64,000 bases of DNA, from positions 4,124 to 68,123 of the forward strand of contig CAYOCT010000004.1 in the NCBI GenBank assembly GCA_964402555.1. The letters are read 5' to 3'. The stretch is from an uncultured Nitrospiraceae bacterium (GTDB lineage: Bacteria > Hydrogenedentota > Hydrogenedentia > Hydrogenedentales > SLHB01). The notes under the pieces are model-generated. The model made no database searches and had not been told where the DNA came from. It saw nothing but the letters and a program-made list of their open reading frames with translations. Position numbers and translations under genes: made by a program. Of the stretch, positions 46,203 through 55,262 are shown in pieces (the first letter of the stretch is position 1; the number at the start of each line of letters is the position of its first letter).

Positions 46203-46304
46203 ATGGCCGCAAAGAAGAAAGCCGCCGCGAAGAAGCCGGTGAAGAAAGCCGCCGCGAAGAAGGTCGTGAAGAAAGCCGCGAAGAAAGTCGCGAAGAAGAA
46301 ATAA
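46203..46304 (+). CDS. Lys/Ala-rich basic small protein (33 aa, MAAKKKAAAKKPVKKAAAKKVVKKAAKKVAKKK), histone H1-like / nucleoid-associated-like
   Basis: Not in the ORF track because it is shorter than 60 aa. A very strong SD (AAGGAGAGctgacaATG) is present. The AKKA/KKVA repeats resemble histone H1-like C-terminal tails (AlgP/Hc1-type). Confidence 0.55.
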   Translation: MAAKKKAAAKKPVKKAAAKKVVKKAAKKVAKKK

Positions 46305-46687
46305 CACGGCCCAGTAGTACAATTGCGTTGTTGGTGAAGGCCCGCGCGCCTCGGATTCGTTCCACCGCGGGCAGTAGAATAGGCGGGCCGGGGCCTTATC
46401 GCTCCGGTTCAAAAGGCGGGGGAATGTTCCCGCGGTACGCGGGCCTTCCATTCCACAACGACGCAGGGGGTGGCGCGTTTCGATACGCTGGGGGGTAAGC
46501 TCTCAAAGCGACTCGAGGGTGCTCGGTGTTGTCGCGGTGTGAGCGCTAGGGTGGCGCCTTGATCGGGCAAACGCTGGTTTCCTTGGCGTGTGCAGGGATG
46601 TTGCCGCGCGCCACGGCAAGTCCACTTCGTCCAAAACATCCACCTCGGCCACGAGCTAATCGCCGTCCGCGGCTTAATCGGCGTCGC

Positions 46688-47797
46688 TTACCGAGGCGCT
46701 CCCTTTTCGATGGGAACACGCACCTCGAAGTACGCGCCGCCTTCCTCGCGGTTCCCGTAGACGATAGTTCCCGTATGCGCGGTGACAATGCGGTGGCAGA
46801 TCGCCAGGCCGAGGCCCGTGCCGCTTTCCTTCTTCGAGAAGAACGGTTTGAACAAGTCCTCGCCGGGAGCGAGATGGATGCCCGGTCCGTCGTCCGTTAT
46901 CTCGAACAGGATGTCGGCGTCATCGCGGCGCGCGCGCAACTCGACATGCCCTCCGGATGCGACTGCGTCGATCGCGTTGCTCACGATGTTGACGAGCGCC
47001 TGGGCCAGCCTCGGAGCGTCGGCGGTCATGCTCGGCAAGCCGCTGTCGATCCGCGAGGACAGCGAGACGCCCTTAGTTTCGGCGCGCGGTTCGCATAACG
47101 CGATGGTTCGTTCGACGATGCCGCTGGCATGGCACGGACTCGCTTCGAGCGCGAACGGTTTGGCAAACCCGAGGAACTGCGCAATCAACCGTTCGAGCTG
47201 CCGGGTTTCGTTCAAGATGGTCGTGACGAACTTATGCGTCTTCTCCTGCGGGTCGAACCTGCGTTGAAGGAGTTCCGCCATCCCGGCGATAACGCTGAGC
47301 GGGTTGCGGAGTTCGTGGACAACTCCCGCGGTCAGTTCACCGATCTTTGCCAATTGCAGGTTTAGTTCCGCAGCGCGTTCGAGCGTCCGCCGCTCCGTCA
47401 TATCCACGAACAAGAAGACCGCCCCGTTGAACCGGTGCGGGCCGTGCAGCAACGACGCGGAAAACCCGATCTCCTTCTTGCATCCGTCGGGCATCGGGAT
47501 GAGAATCTCGCGGCGCGAAAGCGGTGCGTGCGTATCGAGCACGCTCCGCAGCACGTCGGCGAACGGCGAACCGGGCAGCAGGTCGCTGAGGCGCATCCCG
47601 AGGCAAAGGTCTTGCTCACCCACGCCGAGGTGCTCGCGCGCGGCGCGATTCACCGTCATAATCACACCGTGTTCGTCGAACGCGATCACGCCGCTCGCAA
47701 GGCTGTCCACGATTTGCTCGTAGTAGCTGGCCACGCGGTCTTCGTTCCGTCCCTTTGCTTCACCGCGCCCCCGCGTCTTCTTGCTCGATTCGGTCAT
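46688..47797 (-). CDS. PAS domain-containing sensor histidine kinase
   Basis: 369-aa ORF with a PAS-like N-terminus, an H-box (LTAGVVHELRNPLSVIAGMAELL) and HATPase blocks (N: VNIVSNAIDA; G1: DDGPGI; G2: GTGLGLAI). Confidence 0.85.
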   Translation of the reverse strand: MTESSKKTRGRGEAKGRNEDRVASYYEQIVDSLASGVIAFDEHGVIMTVNRAAREHLGVGEQDLCLGMRLSDLLPGSPFADVLRSVLDTHAPLSRREILIPMPDGCKKEIGFSASLLHGPHRFNGAVFLFVDMTERRTLERAAELNLQLAKIGELTAGVVHELRNPLSVIAGMAELLQRRFDPQEKTHKFVTTILNETRQLERLIAQFLGFAKPFALEASPCHASGIVERTIALCEPRAETKGVSLSSRIDSGLPSMTADAPRLAQALVNIVSNAIDAVASGGHVELRARRDDADILFEITDDGPGIHLAPGEDLFKPFFSKKESGTGLGLAICHRIVTAHTGTIVYGNREEGGAYFEVRVPIEKGAPR

Positions 47798-47815
47798 GGC
47801 AAGTCTCCCGGCGCG

Positions 47816-48691
47816 TTACGATTCCTGGTTTCTAAGGCGTGTCCTGACGGCGCGTGCGAGGGCGGCGAACTCGTCGAGGCTCAATGTCTGAGGCCGCCGC
47901 CCGGGATCGATGCCCGTCTCGTCGAACGCGGCCAGCACGATCTCCTGCGGAGCGCCGAAGTTGCCCGACTTGGTCAAGGCGTTGCGCAACGTCTTCCGGC
48001 GTTGCAGAAAGGCCGCGTGCACGAGCGCCATGAAGAACGGCGCGTCCACTTCGGGGAACAACGGTTTCTCGCGCATGCGGAACCGCACGATGCAACTGTC
48101 GACTTTCGGCTGCGGCACGAAACATGTCCGCGGCACACGATGCACGATGTCGACGGCCGCATGGTACTGCGCGGCGATCGAAAGCACGCCGTAATCCGAT
48201 GCGCCCACGGAGGACACGAGCCGCAGTCCGACCTCCTCCTGCACCATGACGACCAGCCGCGAGAAACGCACCGGCGATCCGAAGAAATGGAACAGGATGG
48301 GCGTCGTGATGTAGTAGGGAAGGTTTGACACCATCTTGTACGTGGCGCCGCCGGGCAGGAATTCCTCGAGCAGCTTCGGGACCGAGTGATTGAGAATATC
48401 GCCCCGGAACAGCTTCACGTTGGCCGCGTCGCGGAACTGGTCTTCGAGACACGGCATGAATGCGCGATCGATCTCGACGGCCAGCACGCGCCCTGCGCAT
48501 TGGCACAGCCGCCGCGTCAGCGCGCCAAGGCCGGCGCCCACTTCGACCACGTCTTCTTCCGGAGTCAGACCGGCCGCTTCGACCATGATCCGGTTGATGT
48601 TGTCGTCCAGCAAGAGATTCTGGCCGAGGCCCTTGTTGAACCGGATCTGATATTTCCGGCAGAGGTCGCGCAGATTCGTTGAAGTAGTCAT
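47816..48691 (-). CDS. rsmA: 16S rRNA (adenine1518-N6/adenine1519-N6)-dimethyltransferase
   Basis: ORF 47816..48730 was trimmed to the internal Met MTTSTNLRDLCRKYQIRFNKGLGQNLLLD. VVEVGAGLGALT (SAM motif I) and NLPY are present, the KsgA hallmarks. Confidence 0.85.
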   Translation of the reverse strand: MTTSTNLRDLCRKYQIRFNKGLGQNLLLDDNINRIMVEAAGLTPEEDVVEVGAGLGALTRRLCQCAGRVLAVEIDRAFMPCLEDQFRDAANVKLFRGDILNHSVPKLLEEFLPGGATYKMVSNLPYYITTPILFHFFGSPVRFSRLVVMVQEEVGLRLVSSVGASDYGVLSIAAQYHAAVDIVHRVPRTCFVPQPKVDSCIVRFRMREKPLFPEVDAPFFMALVHAAFLQRRKTLRNALTKSGNFGAPQEIVLAAFDETGIDPGRRPQTLSLDEFAALARAVRTRLRNQES

Positions 48692-48763
48692 GACGTTGCT
48701 GAGCTTAGAGCGGGCGTGCGCCAAGATCAAGTCGCGCCGCGCGAATCCATGGCGCGAGGCGCA

Positions 48764-49846
48764 TCAGAACGCGGGAATCTCTTTGACTTTGTCTTCCGCC
48801 GGCCGCATCGGATCGTCTTCTTCGACGAGCCATTTCAGGGCGTCAAGCAGCACCTGCTTGGTCTGCGCGACATCGAATCCCACGTGATCCGAGTCGTACC
48901 ACGTGATCTTCCTGTTGACATCCTTTGAGGCTTCCTGCAACGCCTTCCCCGCAGCGGGTGGCACAAGGATGTCGTGCGTGCCGTTCTGGAAATAGACCGG
49001 CGTCGGCGCGATCTGGCCGACGTAATGGATCGGATCCGATACGCCCATGAAGTACCGCAGCAGCACCGTTGCGGTCTTGACGAGGAGGTGCGCGCGCCAA
49101 TACTGCGAGCGGGTCAGTGTGGGCAGCGGTTCCTTTTCGATATTGATGCGTTTCGCGTCGATCAGCCCCAGCACCGTGGCCGCGCCCAGATGCATCGCGG
49201 GCGAATCGAGCAGCTTGCCCAGATCGCCGCCGCCATACACGAGGATGCCCGCGCGGATGCGTTTGTCTTTCGCCAGGACCGTGCTGCCCGTAATCGCGCC
49301 GTAGCTCGCGCCGACCAGGTAGATTCGCTGCGGGTCAATGTCCGAATTGGCTGCCAGGTAATCGATCATCCGCCGCGCCTCGTTGATCGTCTTGCCAGGA
49401 CGCGCTAGGAACGCCTTGGCGCGGTCAAGCCCTGAGGCGCCATCCGGAACCTTGCGCTCGCCCTGCATGTACTGATCGAACGACACGAACACGAAGCCGC
49501 ATTCGTTGAACGGCGCCGTGATTTCCTTGAGGAAGTTCTTGTTTTGTCCGATGCCGTGCAAGAACAGGATGGCCGGGAATTTGCCGTTCGGCCGTTTCAC
49601 CGGCACCGACATCAACGCGGGGACCTTCTCCCCATGATACCCGTCGATCGTGAACTTCGTGATCGTGTAGGCCTTATCCGGTGTGTCCTTGTTGACGTCC
49701 TGGGTCTCGAGCACCGTGACGTTGAGCGGGGCTTTCGGGTCGTAGTTGTCAAAATAGTGCGCGTCGCGATACGCTTTCACCACGAACAGCACCACGATCA
49801 ACGCTACAATAATGCCCCCGGCGATCTTCAGAATCTTCTTGAACAT
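48764..49846 (-). CDS. alpha/beta hydrolase (dienelactone hydrolase / S9 peptidase-like)
   Basis: 360-aa ORF with an N-terminal TM anchor and a nucleophile elbow GASYG in YLVGASYGAITG. Confidence 0.7.
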   Translation of the reverse strand: MFKKILKIAGGIIVALIVVLFVVKAYRDAHYFDNYDPKAPLNVTVLETQDVNKDTPDKAYTITKFTIDGYHGEKVPALMSVPVKRPNGKFPAILFLHGIGQNKNFLKEITAPFNECGFVFVSFDQYMQGERKVPDGASGLDRAKAFLARPGKTINEARRMIDYLAANSDIDPQRIYLVGASYGAITGSTVLAKDKRIRAGILVYGGGDLGKLLDSPAMHLGAATVLGLIDAKRINIEKEPLPTLTRSQYWRAHLLVKTATVLLRYFMGVSDPIHYVGQIAPTPVYFQNGTHDILVPPAAGKALQEASKDVNRKITWYDSDHVGFDVAQTKQVLLDALKWLVEEDDPMRPAEDKVKEIPAF

Positions 49847-49999
49847 GGCTTTCCCTTTGCTTCAGTGCCATCTCGGCGGGATGTCCCGGCGGAGTATAGC
49901 ACATGCGCGCCGCGGATCCATGCGTTTGGTTGTGCGCCGCGAGTTTCAGTAAGATAGCCGTAGATCGAGGGTTGGATTACGCGGAAAGGAGTGCGGGCG

Positions 50000-51676
50000 A
50001 TGGGCCGGAAATACGTCTTGGGTTTGGATTACGGCACGGAGTCGGGGCGTGCGTTGCTGGTTGCGGTGGACAACGGCGAAGAGGTCGCGATGGCGGTCAC
50101 GCCGTATCCTGATGGCGTGATCGATGTCGCGCTGCCCGGATCGGGGAAGCGTCTCGAACCCGACTGGGCGCTCCAGAATCCTCGAGACTACCTGCACGTG
50201 ATCGAAACGACCATTCCCAAGGTTCTCGAAGAGAGCGGCGTCAGCGGCGACGATGTCATTGGGATCGGCACGGACTTTACCGCATGCACGATGCTGCCGA
50301 CGGACGCACAGGGCACGCCGCTGTGCATGAAGCCCGAGTTCGCCGACAATCCGCACGCGTGGGTCAAACTCTGGAAACACCACGCCGCCCAGCCAGAGGC
50401 CGATCTGATCAACGAAACGGCACGAGAACGCGGCGAGGAGTTCCTCGCGCGGTACGGTGGCAAAATATCGAGCGAGTGGTTCTTTCCGAAGGCGCTCCAG
50501 ATCCTCAACGAAGCGCCCGAAGTGTACAAGGCCGCGAGCCGCATGATGGAGGCGGGCGACTGGATCGTGCTGCAATTGTGCGGCGAGGAAAAGCGCAACG
50601 CCTGCGCCGCGGGATACAAAGCCATCTGGGACGAAGGCTATCCGTCGAAAGATTTCTTCAAGGCCCTGCATCCCGATTTCGAGAACGTCGTTGCCGACAA
50701 GCTCAGCGAAGCGATCTATCCCGCGGGCGTGAAGGCCGGCGGCCTCTTGCCCGAGATCGCGAAGAAAGTCGGGCTTAAGCCTGGCACCGCAGTGGCCACC
50801 GGCGGCGTCGACGCGCATGTCGCCGTGCCCGCCGCCACGGTGACCGAACCCGGCAAGATGGTCATGATCATGGGCACGAGCGTGTGCCACATGGTCTGCG
50901 GCCTCGACAAGCAAGTGGTCGACGGCCAGTGCGGCGTCGTGAAGGAAGGCATCCTTCCCGGCATGTACGGATTCGAAGCCGGACAGACCGCGGTGGGTGA
51001 CATCTTCGCGTGGTTCGTCGACAACTGTGTGCCGGATTGGGTCGCGCAGAAAGCGAAGAAGGAAGGCACGAACGTCCACGGCTATCTGAGCAAACACGCC
51101 GGCGAATTGAAAGTGGGCGAATCGGGCGTGCTGTGTTTGGACTGGTGGAACGGCAACCGCTCGATCCTGGTCAACGCGGACCTGATGGGCCTCATGGTCG
51201 GCATGACCCTGACGACCACGCCCGCCGAGATGTACCGCGCCGTGCTCGAAAGCACCGCGTTCGGCACCTACAAGATCGTCAAGCAGTTCGAGGAAAGCGG
51301 TGTTCCCATCCACGAACTGTATGCGTGCGGCGGACTGCCCGGCAAGAACCCGCTCCTCATGCAGATCTTCGCCGACGTGACGAACCGCGAGATCCGCGTC
51401 AGCGCGAGCGACCAGACTGTCGCGCTCGGCGCGGCGATGTGGGGCGCGGTCGCGGCCGGCGCTGCGGCGGGCGGATACGACGACGTCACGCAGGCCGCCG
51501 CGAAAATGGCGCGCTTGCGCCCCGAGCGCTTCAGTCCGAACGCGGCGAACCATGCGATGTACGCGAAGCTCTTCGCGGAATACGAACGCCTGCACGACTT
51601 GTTCGGACGGGGAGGCGATCCCGTCATGAAGAACCTCAAAGAGATCAAATTATCCGTTCGCGGATCGGGAGTGTAA
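50000..51676 (+). CDS. araB: ribulokinase (FGGY carbohydrate kinase family)
   Basis: Internal Met of ORF 49991..51676. MGRKYVLGLDYGTESGRALLV and the overall length (~558 aa) match AraB-type ribulokinases. Confidence 0.8.
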   Translation: MGRKYVLGLDYGTESGRALLVAVDNGEEVAMAVTPYPDGVIDVALPGSGKRLEPDWALQNPRDYLHVIETTIPKVLEESGVSGDDVIGIGTDFTACTMLPTDAQGTPLCMKPEFADNPHAWVKLWKHHAAQPEADLINETARERGEEFLARYGGKISSEWFFPKALQILNEAPEVYKAASRMMEAGDWIVLQLCGEEKRNACAAGYKAIWDEGYPSKDFFKALHPDFENVVADKLSEAIYPAGVKAGGLLPEIAKKVGLKPGTAVATGGVDAHVAVPAATVTEPGKMVMIMGTSVCHMVCGLDKQVVDGQCGVVKEGILPGMYGFEAGQTAVGDIFAWFVDNCVPDWVAQKAKKEGTNVHGYLSKHAGELKVGESGVLCLDWWNGNRSILVNADLMGLMVGMTLTTTPAEMYRAVLESTAFGTYKIVKQFEESGVPIHELYACGGLPGKNPLLMQIFADVTNREIRVSASDQTVALGAAMWGAVAAGAAAGGYDDVTQAAAKMARLRPERFSPNAANHAMYAKLFAEYERLHDLFGRGGDPVMKNLKEIKLSVRGSGV

Positions 51677-51679
51677 TCC

Positions 51680-52738
51680 ATGCGCAATGAATCGCTGGCG
51701 TTCTTGAAACGCCTGGTCACGACGCCCAGCCCTTCGGGGTTCGAAGAAGAGATCCAGAAAGTCTGCAAGGCGTACGTCGCGCCGTTCGCGGACAAGGTCT
51801 ACAAAGACGTGCACGGCAACCAATACGCCGTGAAGAATCCCGACGGCAAGCTGCGCGTCATGCTTGCGGGACATGTCGACGAGATCGGCCTGATGGTGAA
51901 CAACATCGACGACAAGGGTTTTCTGACCTTTGTTGCGGTTGGCGGTATCGACGCCACGGTGCTCGCGGGCCAGCGTGTGACGATTCAAGGCGCGAAGGGA
52001 CCCGTCGCCGGCATCATCGGCCGCACCGCGATTCATCTCACCGAACAAGAAGATCGCGGCAAACCGCTCAAGATGCATCAGATGTGGGTCGACATCGGCG
52101 CGAAGGACAAGAAGGACGCGCAGAAGGCCGTGGCGGTCGGCGATCCGATCACAACGGACGCGGGATTCCTCGAACTACGCGACGACAAAGCCGTCGCGCG
52201 CGGATTCGATGACCGCATTGGCGCGTTCGTGATCATCGAGGCGTTGCGCCTGCTCGAAAAGAAGAAGCTCGATTGCGCCGTGTACTGCGTGACGACGGTC
52301 CAGGAAGAGATCGGCCTGCGCGGCGCGACGACCAGCAGCTACGGCTGCAATCCGCACGTAGGCATCGCCGTCGATGTCGGCCACGCGACCGACTATCCGA
52401 GCGCCGACCCCAAACGCCACGGCGACAGCAAGATTCATGGCGGACCCGATATCGCGCGGGGGCCGAACGTCAATCCGGTGGTATTCCGCCAACTTGTCGA
52501 AGTGGCCAAGGCCAAGAAGATCCCGTATCAAGTCAGCGCCGAGCCGCGCGCGACCGGCACCGACGCCAACGCGATCCAGCTCAGCCGCGGCGGTGTCGCG
52601 GCCGGCCTGGTCAGCATTCCCAATCGCTACATGCACTCGCCCGTGGAACTCATCTCGCTGCGCGACGCCGAGAACGCCGCAAAGCTCCTCGCGGAATGGA
52701 TCTGCACGTTGCGGCACGATATGAGTTTCATCCCGTGA
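51680..52738 (+). CDS. M42 family metallopeptidase (glutamyl aminopeptidase / FrvX-like)
   Basis: 352-aa ORF with GHVDEIGLMV and the M42 pattern throughout (DDRIGAFVIIEAL). Confidence 0.8.
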   Translation: MRNESLAFLKRLVTTPSPSGFEEEIQKVCKAYVAPFADKVYKDVHGNQYAVKNPDGKLRVMLAGHVDEIGLMVNNIDDKGFLTFVAVGGIDATVLAGQRVTIQGAKGPVAGIIGRTAIHLTEQEDRGKPLKMHQMWVDIGAKDKKDAQKAVAVGDPITTDAGFLELRDDKAVARGFDDRIGAFVIIEALRLLEKKKLDCAVYCVTTVQEEIGLRGATTSSYGCNPHVGIAVDVGHATDYPSADPKRHGDSKIHGGPDIARGPNVNPVVFRQLVEVAKAKKIPYQVSAEPRATGTDANAIQLSRGGVAAGLVSIPNRYMHSPVELISLRDAENAAKLLAEWICTLRHDMSFIP

Positions 52739-52775
52739 GGGAACGGGCGTGATATAATCGCTTGTGAGCGTGGCC

Positions 52776-53027
52776 ATGGCTTCGCGTGGCCATCTCGAAG
52801 CGATCAAAGAGGATATTGCTGTGGCCTTAAAGGCGCCGAAACCACGATATCTCGTCGATGAATCCGGGAAGAAGTCCGCTGTTGTGCTCAGCGTCGACGA
52901 TTACTCCAGATTGTTGGAGGCCTGGGAAGAAGTTGCGGACGCAGAGGATTTCGACGCGGCACGGAAGTCCGCAAAAGACTTCGTTCCGGCGCATTCGCTT
53001 CGTGGACAGGTTTTTCGCGGGCGATGA
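52776..53027 (+). CDS. Phd/YefM family antitoxin
   Basis: The Phd/YefM fold pattern ESGKKSAVVLSVDDYSRLLE ... EDFDAARK is present. The stop overlaps the start of the downstream RelE-like gene (ATGA). Confidence 0.6.
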   Translation: MASRGHLEAIKEDIAVALKAPKPRYLVDESGKKSAVVLSVDDYSRLLEAWEEVADAEDFDAARKSAKDFVPAHSLRGQVFRGR

Positions 53028-53284
53028 CATCCCCCTACACGGTCCATGTGGACAAGCGCGTGGTCCGAGAGTTGCGTCGGCTGCCGGAGGAAGATGCCGA
53101 GCGTCTTATCGTGGCGATCGAGCGGCTCGCGAAAGACCCTCGGCCCCGAGGCGCCAAGAAACTCGTTGACAAGCCGGGATGGCGAATACGTATCGGCGCC
53201 TATCGCATTCTCTACGCAATCGACGACACTAAGCATGAAGTGTACGTCTACAGAGCGGGCCATAGACGTTTCATCTACAACTGA
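53024..53284 (+). CDS. relE: RelE/ParE (RelE/StbE) family type II toxin
   Basis: 86-aa ORF with GWRIRIGAYRILYAIDDTKHEVYVYRAGHR, the canonical RelE/StbE C-terminal block. Confidence 0.75.
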   Translation: MTSPYTVHVDKRVVRELRRLPEEDAERLIVAIERLAKDPRPRGAKKLVDKPGWRIRIGAYRILYAIDDTKHEVYVYRAGHRRFIYN

Positions 53285-54199
53285 ATGAGGCGAAGCATGG
53301 GACGGCACTACGGTGGCGTAGCGGCTGGCCACCGCGTTTGTTGGGGTCTGCAGCCCTTGCGCTGGGCTTTGAAGGGATTGTTCGGCGCGCGGCGCGAGAT
53401 CGTGGTGGAACTGCGCTGGCGTCTGGGCGACGAAATCATGGCGTTGCCCATCTATGAAGCGCTGCGCAAACAGCATCCCGGCGCGCGCATCACGGCGTGG
53501 TGCAACTATCCCGACCTGCTGATCGACCATCCTCATGTCGATGCGATCAACGACACGGCGGTTTGTCCGGATCGTTACCTGTTGCTGCGTAGCGGGCCGC
53601 GCGCGGTCTATCGCATCGAGCATTATGCGCGTTGCGCTCGCGTGCCGGTTCCCGCGAACCGGCCTCGCTTGCACTACACGGATTGGCACGTTTCGTCGAT
53701 CGATGCGTTGAAGCAACCGTTTGTCGCGGTATCGCCCGGCGCGTCGTGGGAGACCAAACGCTGGCCCATGGATCGCTGGCGCGAGACTTGCGCTCGGATC
53801 GAGGCCATGGGCTACGCCATCGTCGAGCTCGGTTACGATGACGAACCGATCGGCGTGGGCACGTCATTGATGAACAAGACGACTGTGCGCGAGGCGGCGT
53901 GCGTGCTGCATGCCGCCGCGCTGTTTCTCGGATGCGATTCCGGCCTCATGCATCTCGCGCTGGCCGCGGGAACGCCCACGGTCGCGCTCTTCGGTCCGAC
54001 AGACCCCGCCATCTTGGTTCGCGACGAACCTAATCTCACGGCCATCCGGAGCACAAACCCCTGTATCGGATGCTGGAACACGTCGCCCGACGATATTCAG
54101 CCGGGGACGTGCCCATTGAAGCGCGCGAGCTGTCTCGATACTATCTCCGTGGCGAACGTGCTGAACGAGGTGCGCAGCCGTTTGACCGTGAGAGGGTGA
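53285..54199 (+). CDS. glycosyltransferase family 9 (heptosyltransferase-like)
   Basis: 304-aa ORF with the GT9 C-terminal pattern (LFLGCDSGLMHLALAAGTPTVALFGPTDP). Confidence 0.75.
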   Translation: MRRSMGRHYGGVAAGHRVCWGLQPLRWALKGLFGARREIVVELRWRLGDEIMALPIYEALRKQHPGARITAWCNYPDLLIDHPHVDAINDTAVCPDRYLLLRSGPRAVYRIEHYARCARVPVPANRPRLHYTDWHVSSIDALKQPFVAVSPGASWETKRWPMDRWRETCARIEAMGYAIVELGYDDEPIGVGTSLMNKTTVREAACVLHAAALFLGCDSGLMHLALAAGTPTVALFGPTDPAILVRDEPNLTAIRSTNPCIGCWNTSPDDIQPGTCPLKRASCLDTISVANVLNEVRSRLTVRG

Positions 54200-54203
54200 T
54201 TCG

Positions 54204-55262
54204 TTGCGCGTACTGTTTCTGACATTGTATCCCGATGTGGCGGCAAGCCCGCGTTATCGCGTGAGCCAGTTCCTGCCGTATCTGCGCGCGCAAGGCGTCG
54301 AATGTACCGTGGCATGTCCGTTGACGCCAGACGCGCTGGCGAAGCTGACCGGGCCAGGCCGGGCGCATCGTCCCTTCTGGTACCACGCGCGCGAGACGTT
54401 GAATCGAGTGCGCCAAATCTTGTCCGCACGCCGTTACGACATCGTGTTCGTGCAGAAAGCGGTGATGACGGCGTACGTGCGCGGCCTGGACGACTTGCTC
54501 CGCAAACGCGCGCGCCGGCTCGTATACGACATCGACGACGCGGTGCATCTCGCGCCGCCGCATCCGCTTCAATTCCCGTGGACCGTGATCGAAGACCGCG
54601 ACCAGATCATGCGCGTCTTCGAAGTGGCTGATCTCGTGCTTGCCGGCAATGCCTGGCTCGAAACCGCCGCGCGCGAGGCGGGCGCGGCGCGCGTCGAGAC
54701 GTTTCCGACCGTGGTCGACACCACGCGTTTCGTCCCCTCGTCGCGCGACCCCGGCGCGTTTCGCGTCGGCTGGATCGGCAATCCGAGCACCACGATTTGT
54801 CTCGAGCCGGTCGCCGAGGCGATCAACACACTGCGAGATACCGCCGTCAAGACGTGCCTGATCGGCGCCGACCCCCGGCGCGTTCCGTTTGTGCCTTCGG
54901 AAATCAGGCCCTGGTCGATCGAAACCGAGGTGGCGGAATTGCACCGGTTCACGACGGGCATCATGCCGCAGCCCGCGACCGCATGGATGCGCGGCAAGTG
55001 TGCGTTGAAGGCGCTGCAATACATGGCCTGCGGCGTGCCGTGCGTCGCGACGCCGTTCGGCGCGGCGATGGAATTCATGCGGCACGGCGAGAACGGATTG
55101 TTCGCCGATGCGACCTCAAGCTGGATCAAAGCCTTTCTGCAACTACGCGATCCCGCGGAACGCCGCCGCATTGGTCTTGCGGGGCGAGCCACGGTCGAAC
55201 AGCGCTACTCGCTGCATCGCGCGGCCCCGCGGCTGCTCGAACTCCTGCAATCCGTGCTATGA
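54204..55262 (+). CDS. glycosyltransferase family 4 (group 1)
   Basis: 352-aa ORF with a TTG start 5 nt after the upstream stop and the GT4 C-terminal pattern (PCVATPFGAAMEFMRHGENGL). Confidence 0.8.
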   Translation: MRVLFLTLYPDVAASPRYRVSQFLPYLRAQGVECTVACPLTPDALAKLTGPGRAHRPFWYHARETLNRVRQILSARRYDIVFVQKAVMTAYVRGLDDLLRKRARRLVYDIDDAVHLAPPHPLQFPWTVIEDRDQIMRVFEVADLVLAGNAWLETAAREAGAARVETFPTVVDTTRFVPSSRDPGAFRVGWIGNPSTTICLEPVAEAINTLRDTAVKTCLIGADPRRVPFVPSEIRPWSIETEVAELHRFTTGIMPQPATAWMRGKCALKALQYMACGVPCVATPFGAAMEFMRHGENGLFADATSSWIKAFLQLRDPAERRRIGLAGRATVEQRYSLHRAAPRLLELLQSVL

